Part shown: positions 1 to 18,394 of the stretch, piece after piece | Layout: each line of letters opens with the position of its first letter | Numbering within the stretch: position 1 is the stretch's first letter | Origin: the human T2T-CHM13v2.0 reference genome, Homo sapiens | DNA: 64,000 nucleotides | Assembly (NCBI RefSeq): GCF_009914755.1 | Contig: NC_060936.1 | Reading direction: 5' to 3' (one strand) | Program-made: the position numbers and the translations under genes | Notes under the pieces: model-generated | What the model saw: only the letters and a program-made list of their open reading frames with translations | Databases searched by the model: none | Told to the model about the DNA's origin: nothing

Positions 1-78
1 CACCTGGGCTCAAGTGATCTTCCTGCATTGGCCTCCCAAAGTGCTGGGATTGCAGGCATGAGCCACTGCACCTGACCC
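1..78 (-). mobile_element. Alu (partial, window edge)
   Basis: cctcccaaagtgctgggatt..aggcatgagccac. Confidence 0.9.
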
Positions 79-424
79 AATCTTCATTATTTCTAATTCT
101 GATTTTTCAGAGTTTAGAATAAACCTAACCCTAATTCTAGGTGATACTATTTAGGCACTTGAAGGCTACAATGGCCCTCAAACTTCTTCCTTTTAACCTT
201 ACCTTTTAAAAATGTGGGTGATAGTTAATATCTTATATGTAGAATGATAAGTATCTAATTGGACAGTTTACCAGATGGCTCTTTAGGTGAGATAGTGTGA
301 TGTGTAGGAGTTTGGCTTCAGTATTATGTTGTACTTGGTTTACAGTACTTTTTGCAATGGTCTTTAGACAGATTCTATGTCAGTTCAAAGTGTTGTTTGT
401 TTTCTTCTGTGCTATCAACCATAA

Positions 425-757
<333 letters not shown>

Positions 758-934
758 TAAAAAACAAAAATACAATCATATTATTGAAGGCTCAAAAAAT
801 AGAAATTCTCAAGGTCTCACTAGCTTTATAAAACCACAGATAGTGAGTGTTTTGTATTTACTTATAGCCCTTTTTCTTTGGTCTTCCTTTTTAAGGTAGT
901 TGCAGTCATACTATACATTCAAGTTTTTTCCCTC

Positions 935-1345
935 TTTTTTAATAGCAATTTGAGATAAAATTTACATACCATGTAATTCACCCATTTCAAGTGACACCAT
1001 TCAATGGTTTTGGTATATTACATTATTGATTTTGTGAATCGTATAATATATATTATTATATTATATAACAAAATGTGCCATTTTAATCATTTAAGTGTGC
1101 ACTTCATGGCATTCATTACATTAACAGTATTGGGAAACCATCACCACTGTCTGTTTCTAAAACTTTTTCATCAACCCAAATACAAACTGTAACCATTATA
1201 TGCAGTAACGCCTCATTCTCTTCTTCCCTCAGCCCCTGTAACCTCTAATCTACTTACTGTCTCTATGATGTATAGGTAGAATCATACAATGTGCTTTTGT
1301 GACTATCTTATTTCACTTAGCATAATGTTTTCAACATTCTATATT
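935..1345 (-). mobile_element. Old L1M 3'-end fragments
   Basis: ttgagataaaatttacataccat..ttcaccc; atttcacttagcataatgttttc. Confidence 0.7.
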
Positions 1346-1477
1346 GAGTTTTTATCCTGCCTTTTTAAGATACCATATCAAAATAGTTTTCCATGTTAAT
1401 TCTTACATAGCTCTCATAGATTTTAAAGGCTATAAGTTCAGAATGATGTTAGGGGTATGATATTCTTTAACTAGTTG

Positions 1478-1935
1478 TATCAATCAGGCTTTCTGGGTTC
1501 AAGTGATAGAAACCCAACCTAAGTTACTTTATGCTTACAAGAGGAGAATTGATTGGCTCATGGAAGTGGGAAGTATAGAAGGTATATCTGGCTTTCAGCA
1601 GGATCCAGGAACTCCAAAGATATCACTAGGATACTGTCTGTGTCCAAGACCCATAGCTCAACCCTCCTCTCTGTGCCTTCATTCCCAGAAAGCTACTCCC
1701 CATGTTGTATCAGAGATGGATACAAGAAGCTCCAAGCTTACATGGAGCTAGCAATCTCAGTAAAAGGAGTATATTTTCTTTCCCAGTATCTCCACCAAGA
1801 GTCCTGGTGGTGAATCTTGTTAGCTCACATCCCTAACCTTAGATTTCTGGAATCGGATCAGGCCTATCCAAAACACAGGAGCCAAGAATGGGGAAAAGGT
1901 GATTCCCTAAAGGGATGATGGAACAAAAACATGTA
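1478..1935. mobile_element. MLT1-type (ERVL-MaLR) LTR remnant
   Basis: tgtatcaatcaggctttc..caagtgatagaaacccaac..ttgattggctcatg, typical of older MLT1 LTRs. Confidence 0.55.
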
Positions 1936-2194
1936 TTTACCTTACTGGTATATAAACACATTGACTTACTGACTTATTGGTCAAGTTGAACATGCAGTAT
2001 CATCAGTGGAGTAAATGAGCAGTAACAACCTTGTCATTAGAGACTGTTTTTTTAATAGTTTTTCATAAATCAGAGGTCATCAACCTCTTTAACCCCATTT
2101 GTTTCTAGCAGAATTAAATGCCAGTGGGTGCCGTGGGAACGTATTGTTAAGCCTAAAGTCAAACAGAAAAGGGATTTTTTAGAAATAAAAACAG

Positions 2195-3024
<830 letters not shown>

Positions 3025-3050
3025 TAAATGCCAATCTTTGTGAACTATAG

Positions 3051-3203
<153 letters not shown>

Positions 3204-3619
3204 TAAATAAAATATTCAGTGATACTGTTTTTAACTCCAATTAATTGAAAGCCTATTCAGGGGCTGTGAAACATTGAAAGTAGTGTAAAACTGGTTTTCA
3301 GAGAATTTCCAATTAAATTGAGGAATAGGCTTAACTACTTATCAGAATTATTAAAACACTGTGTACTAAGAATTAAACACTGATATAAGGCAGAAAAGTA
3401 AAGGAGGTACCAAATGAATTTAGAGAAAAAGTACTGGGCTAAAGCTTAAAGCTGGCTTCCCTGAGGAAAGAATTGAATTGAACTTTTAAAACTTAGTAGG
3501 ATTTGCGTTGTTGAGAATGAAAAACAAGAGGAAGGAATTCCAGGTAGGATACATAGATTGGGAAACTCAAAGTAAGGTGGGTCTACCAGGTTGGAGTAGA
3601 ATGCTTATAAAGGAAATAA

Positions 3620-3890
3620 AGTCAGTTCTGTTGTAACACGACATAGGTATTCAAAGTCATCACAATGTACAACATTGTGCAAAAACCCCACAGGACTTAT
3701 AGGGAAATGGAGTTAAGAGAAAAATACTCAAAAACTTCATTAGTGATACATAAAATGATAAAAAGTTAATAAAAATGGTAGCACAGTTTTACATCTGTCA
3801 AACAGTTCAAAAAATACATAAATACTACAATAAATATGGCACTTTACCTTGAAAAAGGCCTAAAGTTTGCTTGTGGAATTGGATGTCAGG
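3620..3890. mobile_element. TcMar-Tigger fragment (Tigger13a-like) within L2-like sequence (~3280-4260)
   Basis: gtcagttctgttgtaacacgacata...ccacaggacttatagggaaatggagttaag resembles a recalled Tigger end. Confidence 0.5.
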
Positions 3891-4660
3891 GTGGTAGAAG
3901 CTTTAGGGCACATGGCAGAAGTGTTTTTAAGAAGATCAGCATGGCAGTAGAAAAAATATACTTAAAATTAGATGGATAAAAGCCTGAAAAAGTAATTAGG
4001 AGCCTGTCAGAATTATTTGGACACTAAGTCATAAGGGTCTTTCCTAGGATAGTATTGATGATAATGGAAAGGAAGGAAGAGACACTGGTCAGGACCAGTG
4101 ATTAGAAACAGAAGGCAGAGGTGGACTCAGTTATGCAGTAAGAGTCTCTGAAGTCTCTTGTTTGGATGATAAGAAAACTGGAAATACCATTAATAGAATC
4201 CCAAAAGTAAAATGGGGAATTAGTTAGTTCTATGTAGGAATTAAATGCAAACTAATGCATGCCTTGTTTTGATGTTGTACATAGGTCAGTATCAGAGAGT
4301 ATCAGGTCAGTATCAGAATGTCAGGTATTGAGAAACATTCTAGGAGTAAATAACTATATAGATTGTATCTGGAATAAAATTTGATTTTAAATATTCAAAG
4401 CATCCACTAGAGTTGGATCTGCTTTCACCTGATATTTGGCATTTAAATGTTTTACTTTTTCCTCTAGATTTCAGCATTTATTATTTCATCACACTGAAGT
4501 TCTTCCTTGTTATTACCCCACTAGATCTTTCACTAAAGTTTAAAAACTATCAAGTGAATAGGTTCAGTCTAGAAGAGTTTGCAAGACTCCACATTATGAG
4601 GAAAATTGACATACTAAGAAAAACAATATTTCAAATTTGTTTATATTCATTGTGTTTTAG

Positions 4661-4720
4661 GAGCTTTTTAATAGATACGAGAGAGCAATTTATGCAGCTT
4701 TAAGTGGGAATCTTAAGCAG
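4661..4720 (+). CDS. NUP107: NUP107 coding exon (ELFNRYERAIYAALSGNLKQ)
   Basis: gttttag|GAG...CAG|gtatgc; 60 nt. Confidence 0.95.
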
Positions 4721-5320
4721 GTATGCAATCTGTTTTAATGTTTAAATTTTTTCTGTGGAGTAAAATTAAATAAAATATTCTAACAATTGTATATAACAAA
4801 TATAAACTTAAGTTTGTATACTTAAGTATATACATACTTAAGTGTAGCAATGATAGAGATAATCATGAATCAGATAGTGACTTGTTCTGCTTAATTTGAT
4901 GTATCCCATAACATGCATGGTATTTTAATGAATGAAATCAGATTTCAGTTTTTAACTAAGAATTGTAAATTTAACTCCAACACACATTTATTGATGACTT
5001 AAAATACTCATAGCTGTATGCAGAAATGTACCGGAAAGACACAGTGAGTCCTTGGGTTGTCTTACATACGCATGTTTTCTCACAACCCACTACTCCCTAC
5101 ATATTATAGCTATCTTTAGGGATACTATACTAATCAGTTGAAATGTCATATCAGCCTGGAAAACTGATGTTGTTGTTAACAGTATGAAAAAATCTGAACA
5201 GTTCAAACATCTTAGAAGATGTAGTTGGCGGAGGAAAGGTTATTTGGCATAATTTTTTTAAAATCTGCCGTGTTTTATATCATTATAAAGTGATTTTATA
5301 GTCTGTATCATTGGATGTAA

Positions 5321-5530
<210 letters not shown>

Positions 5531-5646
5531 TGAGTTTGTTGGATTGTTTTGAGTCATGGTGATTTGTAGCATGCTCTTTGATGTTTCGTTTTACACCCCT
5601 TTTTCATATTATTAACATTATTCTTTTCCCGTTGTTTCTTTTGAAG

Positions 5647-5695
5647 CTGGACGTTAGAAAAGGTTTTTGAGGAACTTCAAGCTACTGACAAAAAG
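5647..5695 (+). CDS. NUP107: NUP107 coding exon (WTLEKVFEELQATDKK)
   Basis: ttttgaag|C...AAG|gtaaat; 49 nt. Confidence 0.94.
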
Positions 5696-6635
5696 GTAAA
5701 TGTTAATAGGAATATGTTAGGTATCTGGAATAGGAAACAGTGTTATTCTATTGTGCACTGTAGCTGAAAGGAAAAAGGTGGAACTTTCTCCCTTTTTCTC
5801 ACCTATTAAAATAAGAATCATTCTTTGAAACGAAGAAACTTAATTACATAAATGATACATCATTTTTAGTTTTTTGTTTCGGATTAATTTCATCTAAGTA
5901 TATGCACGTAAGCTATATTTATTCCTTTTTTAAAATTTAAAACACATTATGGAAAATTATTAAGACTTTATTTTCCTAGATCTTAAAATCTAATATTTTC
6001 TAAAAATTATATTCTTTTAAAAATGCTTAAACAACTGTAGTAATATTGTATGTACTTGTAACAATAAAATAATTTTAGAATGTATAAATAAAACCTTTAT
6101 AGTAATTTCTACCCCTTTATGGTTATTCCCCTGAGATGATAAAACATACTGATATGTATCCTTCTATATTTCTCTCCATGATCTTACGAATATGTGTAAA
6201 TAATGTAGATACTCCAATTTAGAATTTTGATTTTTGTGTTTTTCACATTTTACTACATATATTACTCTACAGCTTGATTTTTTTCATTTAATGATAATCT
6301 CCAAGTTAGTTTATTCATTTTCACTTAACCTTATTCTTTTTAATAAATACATAGTGTTCTTTAGAATAATGTATGATTTATTTTAATCATTCCCCTTTGG
6401 GTAGTATTTAGGTTATTTCTAGTGCTGTAATGAAGTTACATGTGTGTGTACTTAACTACTAGTCCTTCTGTTTCTTTGGGATAAGTTTCCTGAAAGCAGG
6501 GTTACCAGGTTAAGGAGTATAAATAAGTATATGCTTTATACATTGTATATACATACATACAGTGTTTCTGAATGAATTCTCTGAAGACATCAGGTTGTAT
6601 ACCTTAAAAATATATACAATAAAAATAAATAAAAA

Positions 6636-7155
<520 letters not shown>

Positions 7156-7199
7156 TTGAAATGGAAAAATAATTTATTACCTGGTTGTGGCAGTTAATT

Positions 7200-8720
7200 C
7201 ATACTTCCACAAGTAATTTATTGAATTATACATTCTCACCAGCCTCAAATGTCACACTTTTTATGTTTTGCCAATCCATCAGAGTAGGTGGGAAATAGGA
7301 ACTTGCTGTTCTACTCACATTTTCTTGTCTATTCATAAGGCTGAGCATGTTTCCTTATGTTTATTGACCATTTGTGAATTTTTTGTTCATATCTTTTAGC
7401 TATTTTTCTGTGGTGTTTTATATTTTTCTTATTATTATATAGGAGCACTTGATATAGTAAGGAAATTAATGCTTTTTCTGTCAAGAGTTTATTACCAGTC
7501 TATTATTTTGGATATTCTAGCTAATGAAATAAAACAAGAAAATTAAGGAACAGATATAAATACTAGAAAGGGAAGAACATTTATATATGATAAAAATATT
7601 AGTCTAGAAACTTAAAGCTCAGTAAGTTACTAGAATTAATAAGAGAATTTGTTAAAGTAGCCAGATACAAGACAACGTTTTTTTTTTAAAAGTCAAGTCT
7701 TTCTGTGCTTGTTATAACTATTTAGAAAAGGATTTAGTACCCCCTCCCCAAAAGTTCCATTTAAACGAGTGACCAAAACTAAAGAGATCTAGGAATAAAA
7801 AATTAATCCAGGGTTTCAAGCCCTTCATTTAAAAAACTATAGAATCTTACTGAAGGACATAAAATAAGACATAAATAAATAGATATATCATGTTCCTCGA
7901 TGAGGGCATTTAATATAAATGTCACTCATTCCAAAATTAGCATAAAAACCTAATGCTTTGGGGTATTACTTCTGGACAGAAAATTTTGTCAAGTAGAAGA
8001 ATAATTGAGAATGGCAAGAGCATTTTGAAAAAGAACAATCTGGGTTTGGTGGCTCACACCTCTAGTCCCAGCAGTTTTGGAGGCTGAAGCAGGAGGATCA
8101 CTTGAGCTCAGGAGTTTGAGACCGGCATGGACAACATGGCAAAACCCCATCTCTACAAAAAAAATTTTAAAAATTAGCCGGGTGTGGTGGCATGCTCCTG
8201 TAGTCCCAGCTTCTCAGGAGGCTGAGGTGGGAGGATCACCTGAGCCCAGGGAGGTGGAGGCTGCAGTGAGCCGTGATTGTACCACTGCACTCCAGCCTGG
8301 GCAACAGAGTGAGACTCTGTCTCAAAAACAAACAAACAAACAAAAAAAACCACACTGAAAGCAAAAAAAGTAGTTAGAGGGTACTTGCCTTACTCAATAA
8401 TAACACTTAATATGAAGATACAACAAAACAGTATAGAACTGACATGAAAATAAATAGATGAGTGGAACACAAAGTCCAAACTAGATCCAAGTATATATGA
8501 GAACTTAACAGATGTCAGAGGTGACATTTCATTTCAGAGGGAAAGGGATGGTTTATTTAAATAAATGGCGCTGGCATAATTGGCTTTCCATCCAGAAGAA
8601 AACAAAGCTAGATCCTACTTCATGCCATGTAACTAAAATAAATTCCATATAGAGCAAAGGTTTGAATGTAAAAATTAATAAATGCTGAAAGAAAATTTAG
8701 ACAGCCAACTAAATAAAAAT
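7200..8720. mobile_element. Old L1M fragments (ORF2-derived, + from ~7510) interrupted by AluJ (+, 8039-8350)
   Basis: aaagtagccagatacaaga, ctgaaggacataaaataagac, tttaaataaatggcgctggcataattgg are L1 ORF2-like. Confidence 0.7.
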
Positions 8721-9254
8721 TAAAATACGTTTGACAACAAAAAATGAACTATATTCTTCAAAAAATCAAGCTGCAAATAAGTTAGAAAAGGTTTTCTCTA
8801 CTCTGTACCTGATCACTATTTTTTTTTTTCACCCTTGGTGCCATGTACAGAAGAGAATACTCAAAGAATGCTTTCATGTACTGCTGCTCATGTTGAAAGA
8901 AATCTTAATAGTTTATTTTGCTTAGGTCACATGAGTTCTTCCTTTCTCGTCCACCATGTGTAGTGCCAAGGTAAATAGGAATAAAATATAAGAATAAAAG
9001 TTTAATACCATTGAGAGATTAAATTGTTATAACATAGGTCTCTACTTTCAAAGATGCTTTTCAGTTCTGGATTTGTAAGCTGTGAGTATATTCCAAAGGC
9101 AGTATCCTTTCCATGTTTTATTTTGTTTTGATCTTTCTAAGGCCCTTCATTTCCAGCTTTTTCTTTCTATATGTTCCTTCAAAAGTTTAACATTTTTAGT
9201 TTAACAGTGAATATATACTACAGAATGACTGCTAGAAGATTTATGGAAAATTAA

Positions 9255-9695
<441 letters not shown>

Positions 9696-10034
9696 AGTTT
9701 TATTTTACTCTTTATGAGTTCTTCATTGTCTTATAGTGATTTTTTAAAGTTATCCAAACAATGCATGTGACTTACCATATCTTTTAATCTTGATAAATAT
9801 TAACCTATTTGAATGCAACTATTTACTTTATGTCAGAGGTGACCTTTCATTTGGTTTTTATAAAATAAAGTTCGGATTGAACCCAAACTCTGTTTCAAAG
9901 AGGGTGTAGAGTTATATCATGGCTATTAATTATGAGACAGTGACTTGAAAGCACTATAGGAGTGAAATAAATGTTCTTGGTAATGTTTATTTTTTTCTTT
10001 TGATTTTATTCCTATTGTTGAATCTTCACTTTGA

Positions 10035-10289
<255 letters not shown>

Positions 10290-10549
10290 TAGTCTTGTAT
10301 AGTCACTCAATGATAACTCACTGAGAGTGGCCCTTTAGGGTTCTAGTCTGTGGCCACAGAATGCTGTTGGTTAACTGGTTTTTAATAAATTCATAACTTT
10401 ATCCTTATCTGTACCCAGCTTTAAATCAACCAGCTAAGCTAACTAAACAAAGTGAGTGCTATGTGAGATTTTAAAACTTTGTTGGTTGTTGTTTTGTTGC
10501 TTTTTTTCTAAAAAAGAAGATAACATTTTGGTCAGAGTGCATGTAGAAA

Positions 10550-10800
10550 GTGAATGATACAGTAGTTGAAAGCTTGGGCTTTGGAGTAGGAGTCCTGAGT
10601 ATATACCCTTATTCAGCAGCTTCTATCTGTGTAACTCTGGGTAAATAAAACTTCCCTTGGTCCTAATTTCATCCTCTGTAAAATGTGAACAATAATAGTA
10701 ACTACCCAAAAAGAGTTATGGTAAGGTTAAATCAGGCAGTAGATGAACTTTGGTAAGCACTTAGCTTGGTGTATAGTTACTGCTCAGTGGTAAACATTAC
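10550..10800 (+). mobile_element. MIR
   Basis: gggctttggagt..tttcatcctctgtaaaatgtgaacaataatagta MIR core. Confidence 0.7.
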
Positions 10801-10896
10801 AATTATTAAATTATTTAATAATGGAATTTGTATCAAAAATTTTGTTACTTTCATATAAGCAGTGTATTTATAATTATGTCTTTTTTTCCTATGAAG

Positions 10897-10935
10897 GAGG
10901 AAGTTTCTATTGAAGTTTTAAAGACATACATACAG
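10897..10935 (+). CDS. NUP107: NUP107 small coding exon (EEVSIEVLKTYIQ)
   Basis: cctatgaag|GAG...CAG|gtaaac; 39 nt. Confidence 0.92.
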
Positions 10936-11249
10936 GTAAACTTTGAGAACCTACAACCTGATTGTTTTTTACTATTTTAATGAAAACAAAACTCAGAATG
11001 ATGCTATTTTAATTCTCAGTGGTAAGAAAGCATCAGAATCCATAAGAGATCTTTTAATTATCAGCACAGTTGACCTTTGAATAATGCAGGGATTAGGAAA
11101 ACAACCCCCACCGCCCCGCACAATCAAAAATTCACTATAACTTTTGACTCCCCAAAACCCTAACTACTGATACCCTACTGCTGACCAGAAATCATACCAA
11201 TAACATAAACACACAATTAACACATTTTGTATATTACATGTATCATATG

Positions 11250-11484
11250 CAGTCATCCCTCAGTATACTTGGGGGATTGGCTCCAGGACCCCCACATATA
11301 ACAAAATCTGTGTATACTCATGTCCCACAGTTGGCCCTGCAGAACCTGCATATACGAAAAATTGGCCTTCCATATTTGCAGATTTCACATCCAGATAACA
11401 CTGTATTTTCTAAGTTGAGTTGAAAAAAATTTATGCAGAAGTGGACCTGCACAGTTCAATCCCGTGTTGTTCAAAGCTCAACTG
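11250..11484. mobile_element. MER8 (Tigger-derived MITE) nested in Tigger2
   Basis: cagtcatccctcagtatacttgggggattgg...cccgtgttgttcaaagctcaactg; 235 bp. Confidence 0.75.
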
Positions 11485-11545
11485 TACTGTATTCTTATGA
11501 TAATGTAAGTTAGAGAAAAGAAAACATTACTAAGAAAATCATAAG

Positions 11546-12254
<709 letters not shown>

Positions 12255-12971
12255 TGGACCTGTCTTTTTTTTTTTTTTTAAGTTTAAAAATTAATAAATA
12301 ACTTTTAAAAGTTAAAAAAAGAATAAATAATAAAAATCATAAGGAAGAGAAACTACGTTTATAGTACTATACTGTACCTGTTAATACTGTAAGTTTATGT
12401 TGTCTGTTTACAAGATGAATTGTCTATTTGAAATGGACAACCACAGTTACAGACCTCAATCTACAGTATATCAAGCAATTCACCTTTTTCTTGTAATCTC
12501 ATGACTTTTCTCTGCTTCTTGGGAGAACTTCCAGTATCACTACTGGCACTTTGTATGGCTCCTGTGGTGTTATTAAGGGTTTATAGTATTGCACTAAAAA
12601 AAACAAGACCTGGGAAAGCTTACTTTTTATTGCAGTATGCAACTGAAGAGACCAACAGCTCTTCAGAGATGATTAGCATCACACGGCATTTTAAATGGAT
12701 ACTCACAGCACTTGAGCTCACCCCAGTAGTGGCAGGAAGTGGCTCTAAAGTTATTACAGTAGTATAGTATCTACTACAGTTAGTTGTATGCAGTTATGAT
12801 TTAATACTGCATCTGTATGCTTGTTTACATTTCTCTAGACCACAATGTATGGTCTGTAAATGTGTGTACGTTTTGATAAATTTTAACTTTTTATAATAGA
12901 TTCATATATATTTTATAGTAGTAAGTGATAAAATAGACCAGAATCTACATATAATGGATTTATGACATACC

Positions 12972-13757
12972 TTTTTTTTTATTTTTTATTTTTTTTTTTG
13001 AGATGGAGTCTCACTTTGATGCCCGGGCTGGAGTGTAGTGGCATGATCTTGGCTCACTGCCACTGCAGCCTCTGCCTCACCGGGGTCAAGCGATTCTCTG
13101 GCCTCAGCCTCCCAAGTAGCTGGTATTACAGGTGTGCACCACCACGCCTGGCTAATTTTGTATTTTTAGTAGAGACGGGGTTTCACCACGTTGGCCAGGC
13201 TGGTCTCAAATTCCTGACCTCAGGTGATCCAGCAGCCTCGGCCTTCCAAAGTGCTAGGATTACAGGTGTGAGCCACTGGCCTACCTAGCTTTTTCTTAAT
13301 TTACTCAGTATTTCTAGGCTATTAATTTGTTTGTGAGTCTTTTTTTTTTTTTTGAGACGGAGTCTCACTCTCTCGCCCAGGCTGGAGTGCAATGGCGCAA
13401 TCTCAGCTCACTGTACTGTACCCTCTGCCTCTTGGGTTCAAGCATGAATATTTTTCAAATTGTCACAAATCTCCAAAAAATGTTCTAATATATATATATT
13501 TAAATTAATGTATTTATTTATTTAGAGATAGGATGTTGTTCTGTCACTCAGGCTAGAGTTCACTGGCTAGATCATAGCCCATTGTAACCTCAGACTCCTG
13601 GGCTCAAACAGTCTTCTCCCCTCAACCTCCCAAGTAGCTGGTACTATAGACACGTGCCACCATGGCCAGCAAACTTATTTTTTATTTTTTTGTAGAGACT
13701 GGGTCTCACTATGTTGGCCAGGCTAATCTCAAACTCCTGCCCTCAGGGGTGATACTA

Positions 13758-13791
<34 letters not shown>

Positions 13792-14140
13792 AGAGAGTCT
13801 CACTGTCACCCAGGCCGGAATGTGGAGTGTGGTGGAATGATCTCAGCTCACTGCAACCCACCTCCCAAGTTCAAGTGATTCTCCTGCCTCAGCCTCCCAA
13901 GTAGCTGAGATTACAGGCATGCGCCACCACGCCTGGCTAATTTTTGTATTTTTAGTAGAGACAGGGTTTTGTCTTGTTGGCCAGGCTGGTCTTGAACTCC
14001 TGGCCTTAGGTGATCTGCCTGCCTCAGCCTCCCAGAGTGCTGGGATTATAGGCAAGAGCTACCAGGCCTGGTCTCAAGTGATACTTCTGCCTCAGCCTCC
14101 CAAAGTACTGGAATTACAGGCGCAAGCCACCATACCCAGC
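12972..14140 (-). mobile_element. Antisense Alu cluster (AluS 12972-13281, fragment 13340-13443, AluJ ~13505-14140 with nested AluS ~13760-14068)
   Basis: Reverse Alu consensus; gtgatact duplicated around the nested copy. Confidence 0.85.
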
Positions 14141-14236
14141 CAATTTTCCAATATATTTATCGAAAAAAATCCACGGTTCAAACCTGTGCAGTTTAAGAGC
14201 CAACTGTACTCACTTTTTGGAATTTAAAATTATTCT

Positions 14237-14545
14237 GGGCTGGACACAGGGGCCCATGCCTGTAATCCCAGCACTTTAGGAGGCCAAGGTGGGCAGATCA
14301 CTTGAGCCCAGGAGTTTGAGACCAGCCTGGGCAGCATAGTGAAAAGCCATCTCTACTAAAAAAAAATACAAAAAATTAGCAGGGCATAGTGGCATGTGCC
14401 TGTAGTCCCACCTACCCGGGAGGTTGAGGTGGGAGGATCACCTGAGCCCAGGAGACAGGTTGCAGTGAGCCATGATCATGCCACTGTACCCTAACCTGGG
14501 TGACAGAGTGAGACCCTGTCTCAAACAAATAAATATAAAATAAAA
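14237..14545 (+). mobile_element. AluJ
   Basis: Alu consensus with A tail. Confidence 0.9.
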
Positions 14546-14664
14546 TTATTCTGTTTAGCAACACAAATCCACATCTGTATGAACCTCTCCTGAATACATT
14601 TGAAATTTTGAAGTATACTTTTAATTTTATTATTGACATACTTTGATCTTTTTCTATTTTTTAG

Positions 14665-14826
<162 letters not shown>

Positions 14827-15127
14827 TGAAAACTTTGTCTTTTGGCCTTTCTAGGCAAATGTTCATTTTGGCTGTAGTAACATTTGTCCTTATAGTTTTA
14901 AATCTTATTTCTGTTGAGGGGAAAAGAGGAATAAAATTTTCAGGGAATTTCTGTTTTAGGACTAAAGTTACTTATGCTGTAACTCATATGTAAAATATCT
15001 TTTAATTCTGGCATTTTCTTTTATATAAATATCTTTCATATTTTACATATTTTATTTTTAAGGAATTACTGTTCCAAATTTACTGAATCATTATGACTAT
15101 TTAGAGAATATTAGTATCAATGATTAA

Positions 15128-15457
<330 letters not shown>

Positions 15458-15620
15458 TAAAGGAGCTTCTTTAATAGAAAAAAATCTCAGCTTTGGCTTG
15501 TTGCTCATCAGGTTATTTTAAATACTTGATTAATCACTAACTTATGTAGCTTGCTTACTCATATTTTCAGAAAGGAATAGAAAGTTATATCTAAGAAAAC
15601 TATTTTAGAGTAGCATTTAA

Positions 15621-16005
<385 letters not shown>

Positions 16006-16191
16006 TAATAGAGAGCTGTTAAATATGAAAATACACTAAGGAAAGTTAGATGCTTTCATAATTTTGTATAACTTGAGAGAAAATGATGTTTACTGGAAGT
16101 ACAGGTGTAAGTTAATTCTACTAATTTGTAGAATATCTTTAAAAAAAAAACTCTGATATTCCTTTTTCTTTTTTTCCCCTTTAATAAATAG

Positions 16192-16535
<344 letters not shown>

Positions 16536-16930
16536 ATTTTTTATTCTTTTTTAAAACGTTTTTGTTCAAATTCGTGTATTTTTGAATTTGGGGTGGGGGG
16601 TTGCTTTTTGTTTTTGATCCTTCCATAGGGAGGAGAAAACCAGCCACTCTTTATCTATCAAACCTGGTATTATGAAACAAAATATATTTTAATGGTGAAT
16701 TTTCATTGTCCTAATCAATTTTGCAAATAATCTCAAGGCTATCCGACTTTGAAAAATGAATTGCTTTAAGACATAAAAGTATGTAAAAGTAACTGCATTT
16801 GATGTATCCTTTTGTGATAGTATCACATTGAGATACGAAAAAGCCAGTCTATCAGGTAGAAAGATCACCAAGACCTTTAACAGAGTGCCTTGGGCCCTGA
16901 AATAGTTACAGGTCACTGTAAAATTGGTAA

Positions 16931-17176
<246 letters not shown>

Positions 17177-17543
17177 TAAAGAAAGCCACAGATGTGCCTA
17201 CTTCATGATGATTTTTCGGATTCACTCTCAGAGTTTGAACTTTTTTCTAGAAGTAGTGTTGGTTCATCTTACCTCTCTTGTGACTATAGTGCTGACTCAT
17301 CCACAAGGGGACTGACTTCATGACCTTATCTTCATTAGCATGATTCTCTAATCAATGCTAACCAACCAAGATCATCTCACATGGTAGATAGTGTCTATGA
17401 TGTCTGGAAGTTATGTTTTCTTAAGATTTTGTGATGCATGTCTCAGCTTTAAATTTCTGCTTTTTTCAATAACTGAGAAAAAGCAAGATGCTCTAGGTTT
17501 GTTATGACTAAAATAGCAGCATACTCATTCAAAATTCATTCAA

Positions 17544-17862
17544 GGCTAGATGCGGTGACTCACGCCTATAATCCCAACACTTCGGGATGCCAAGGCAGAA
17601 GCATTGCTTGAGCCTGGGAGTTCAAGACTGGCCTGAGCAACACAGTGAGACCCCTGCATCTCTACAAAAAAATAAAACAAAATTAGCCAGGCATGGTAGC
17701 ATGTACTTGTAGTCCCAGCTTCTTCAGAGGCTGAGGTGGGAGGATCGCATGAGCCCAGGGAGTTGAGGCTGCAGTGAGCAGAGATCATGCCTTGTCTTTA
17801 TTAGATCATGTACTCCAGTCTGGGTGACAGAGCAAGGTCCTGTCTCAAAAACAAAAAAAAAA
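17544..17862 (+). mobile_element. AluJ
   Basis: Alu consensus; TSD aaaatt..attcaa. Confidence 0.9.
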
Positions 17863-18262
17863 TTTTATTCAATAAATAATTATGTAATTACAGTGGGTTA
17901 GGTAGTAGGGCCAAATCTGTGGATAGCACCCTATCCTTGCCCTCTAAAAACTAATAGGCTAGTTAAGAAGACAAGTACACATGCATATGTTACAGAGCGA
18001 TGAATGTCAAGATACATATACGATCAGGGTGCTCAGATTGGAGAATATGCCAGAAAACACAATATATATACCTTGTTTGTCACTTGACAAAACATTTATT
18101 CATGATATGAATTTTTGGAGGGAAAAAAATATATATTGAACAGTTTTATTTCTTGATGCTGCAAAATTATTTCTAAGAATCAAATGTTAAAAATGTTGGT
18201 GAAACGATAAAAGTGAAAACTTTTGTTATTTTATATTTTGGTTTTTTTATTTCACATTTTAG

Positions 18263-18394
<132 letters not shown>

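Noticed and set aside
17205-17295. ATGATGA ... CTGA spaced like a C/D box snoRNA
   Set aside because: No terminal stem, no convincing C'/D' boxes or rRNA guide, atypical position close to the donor
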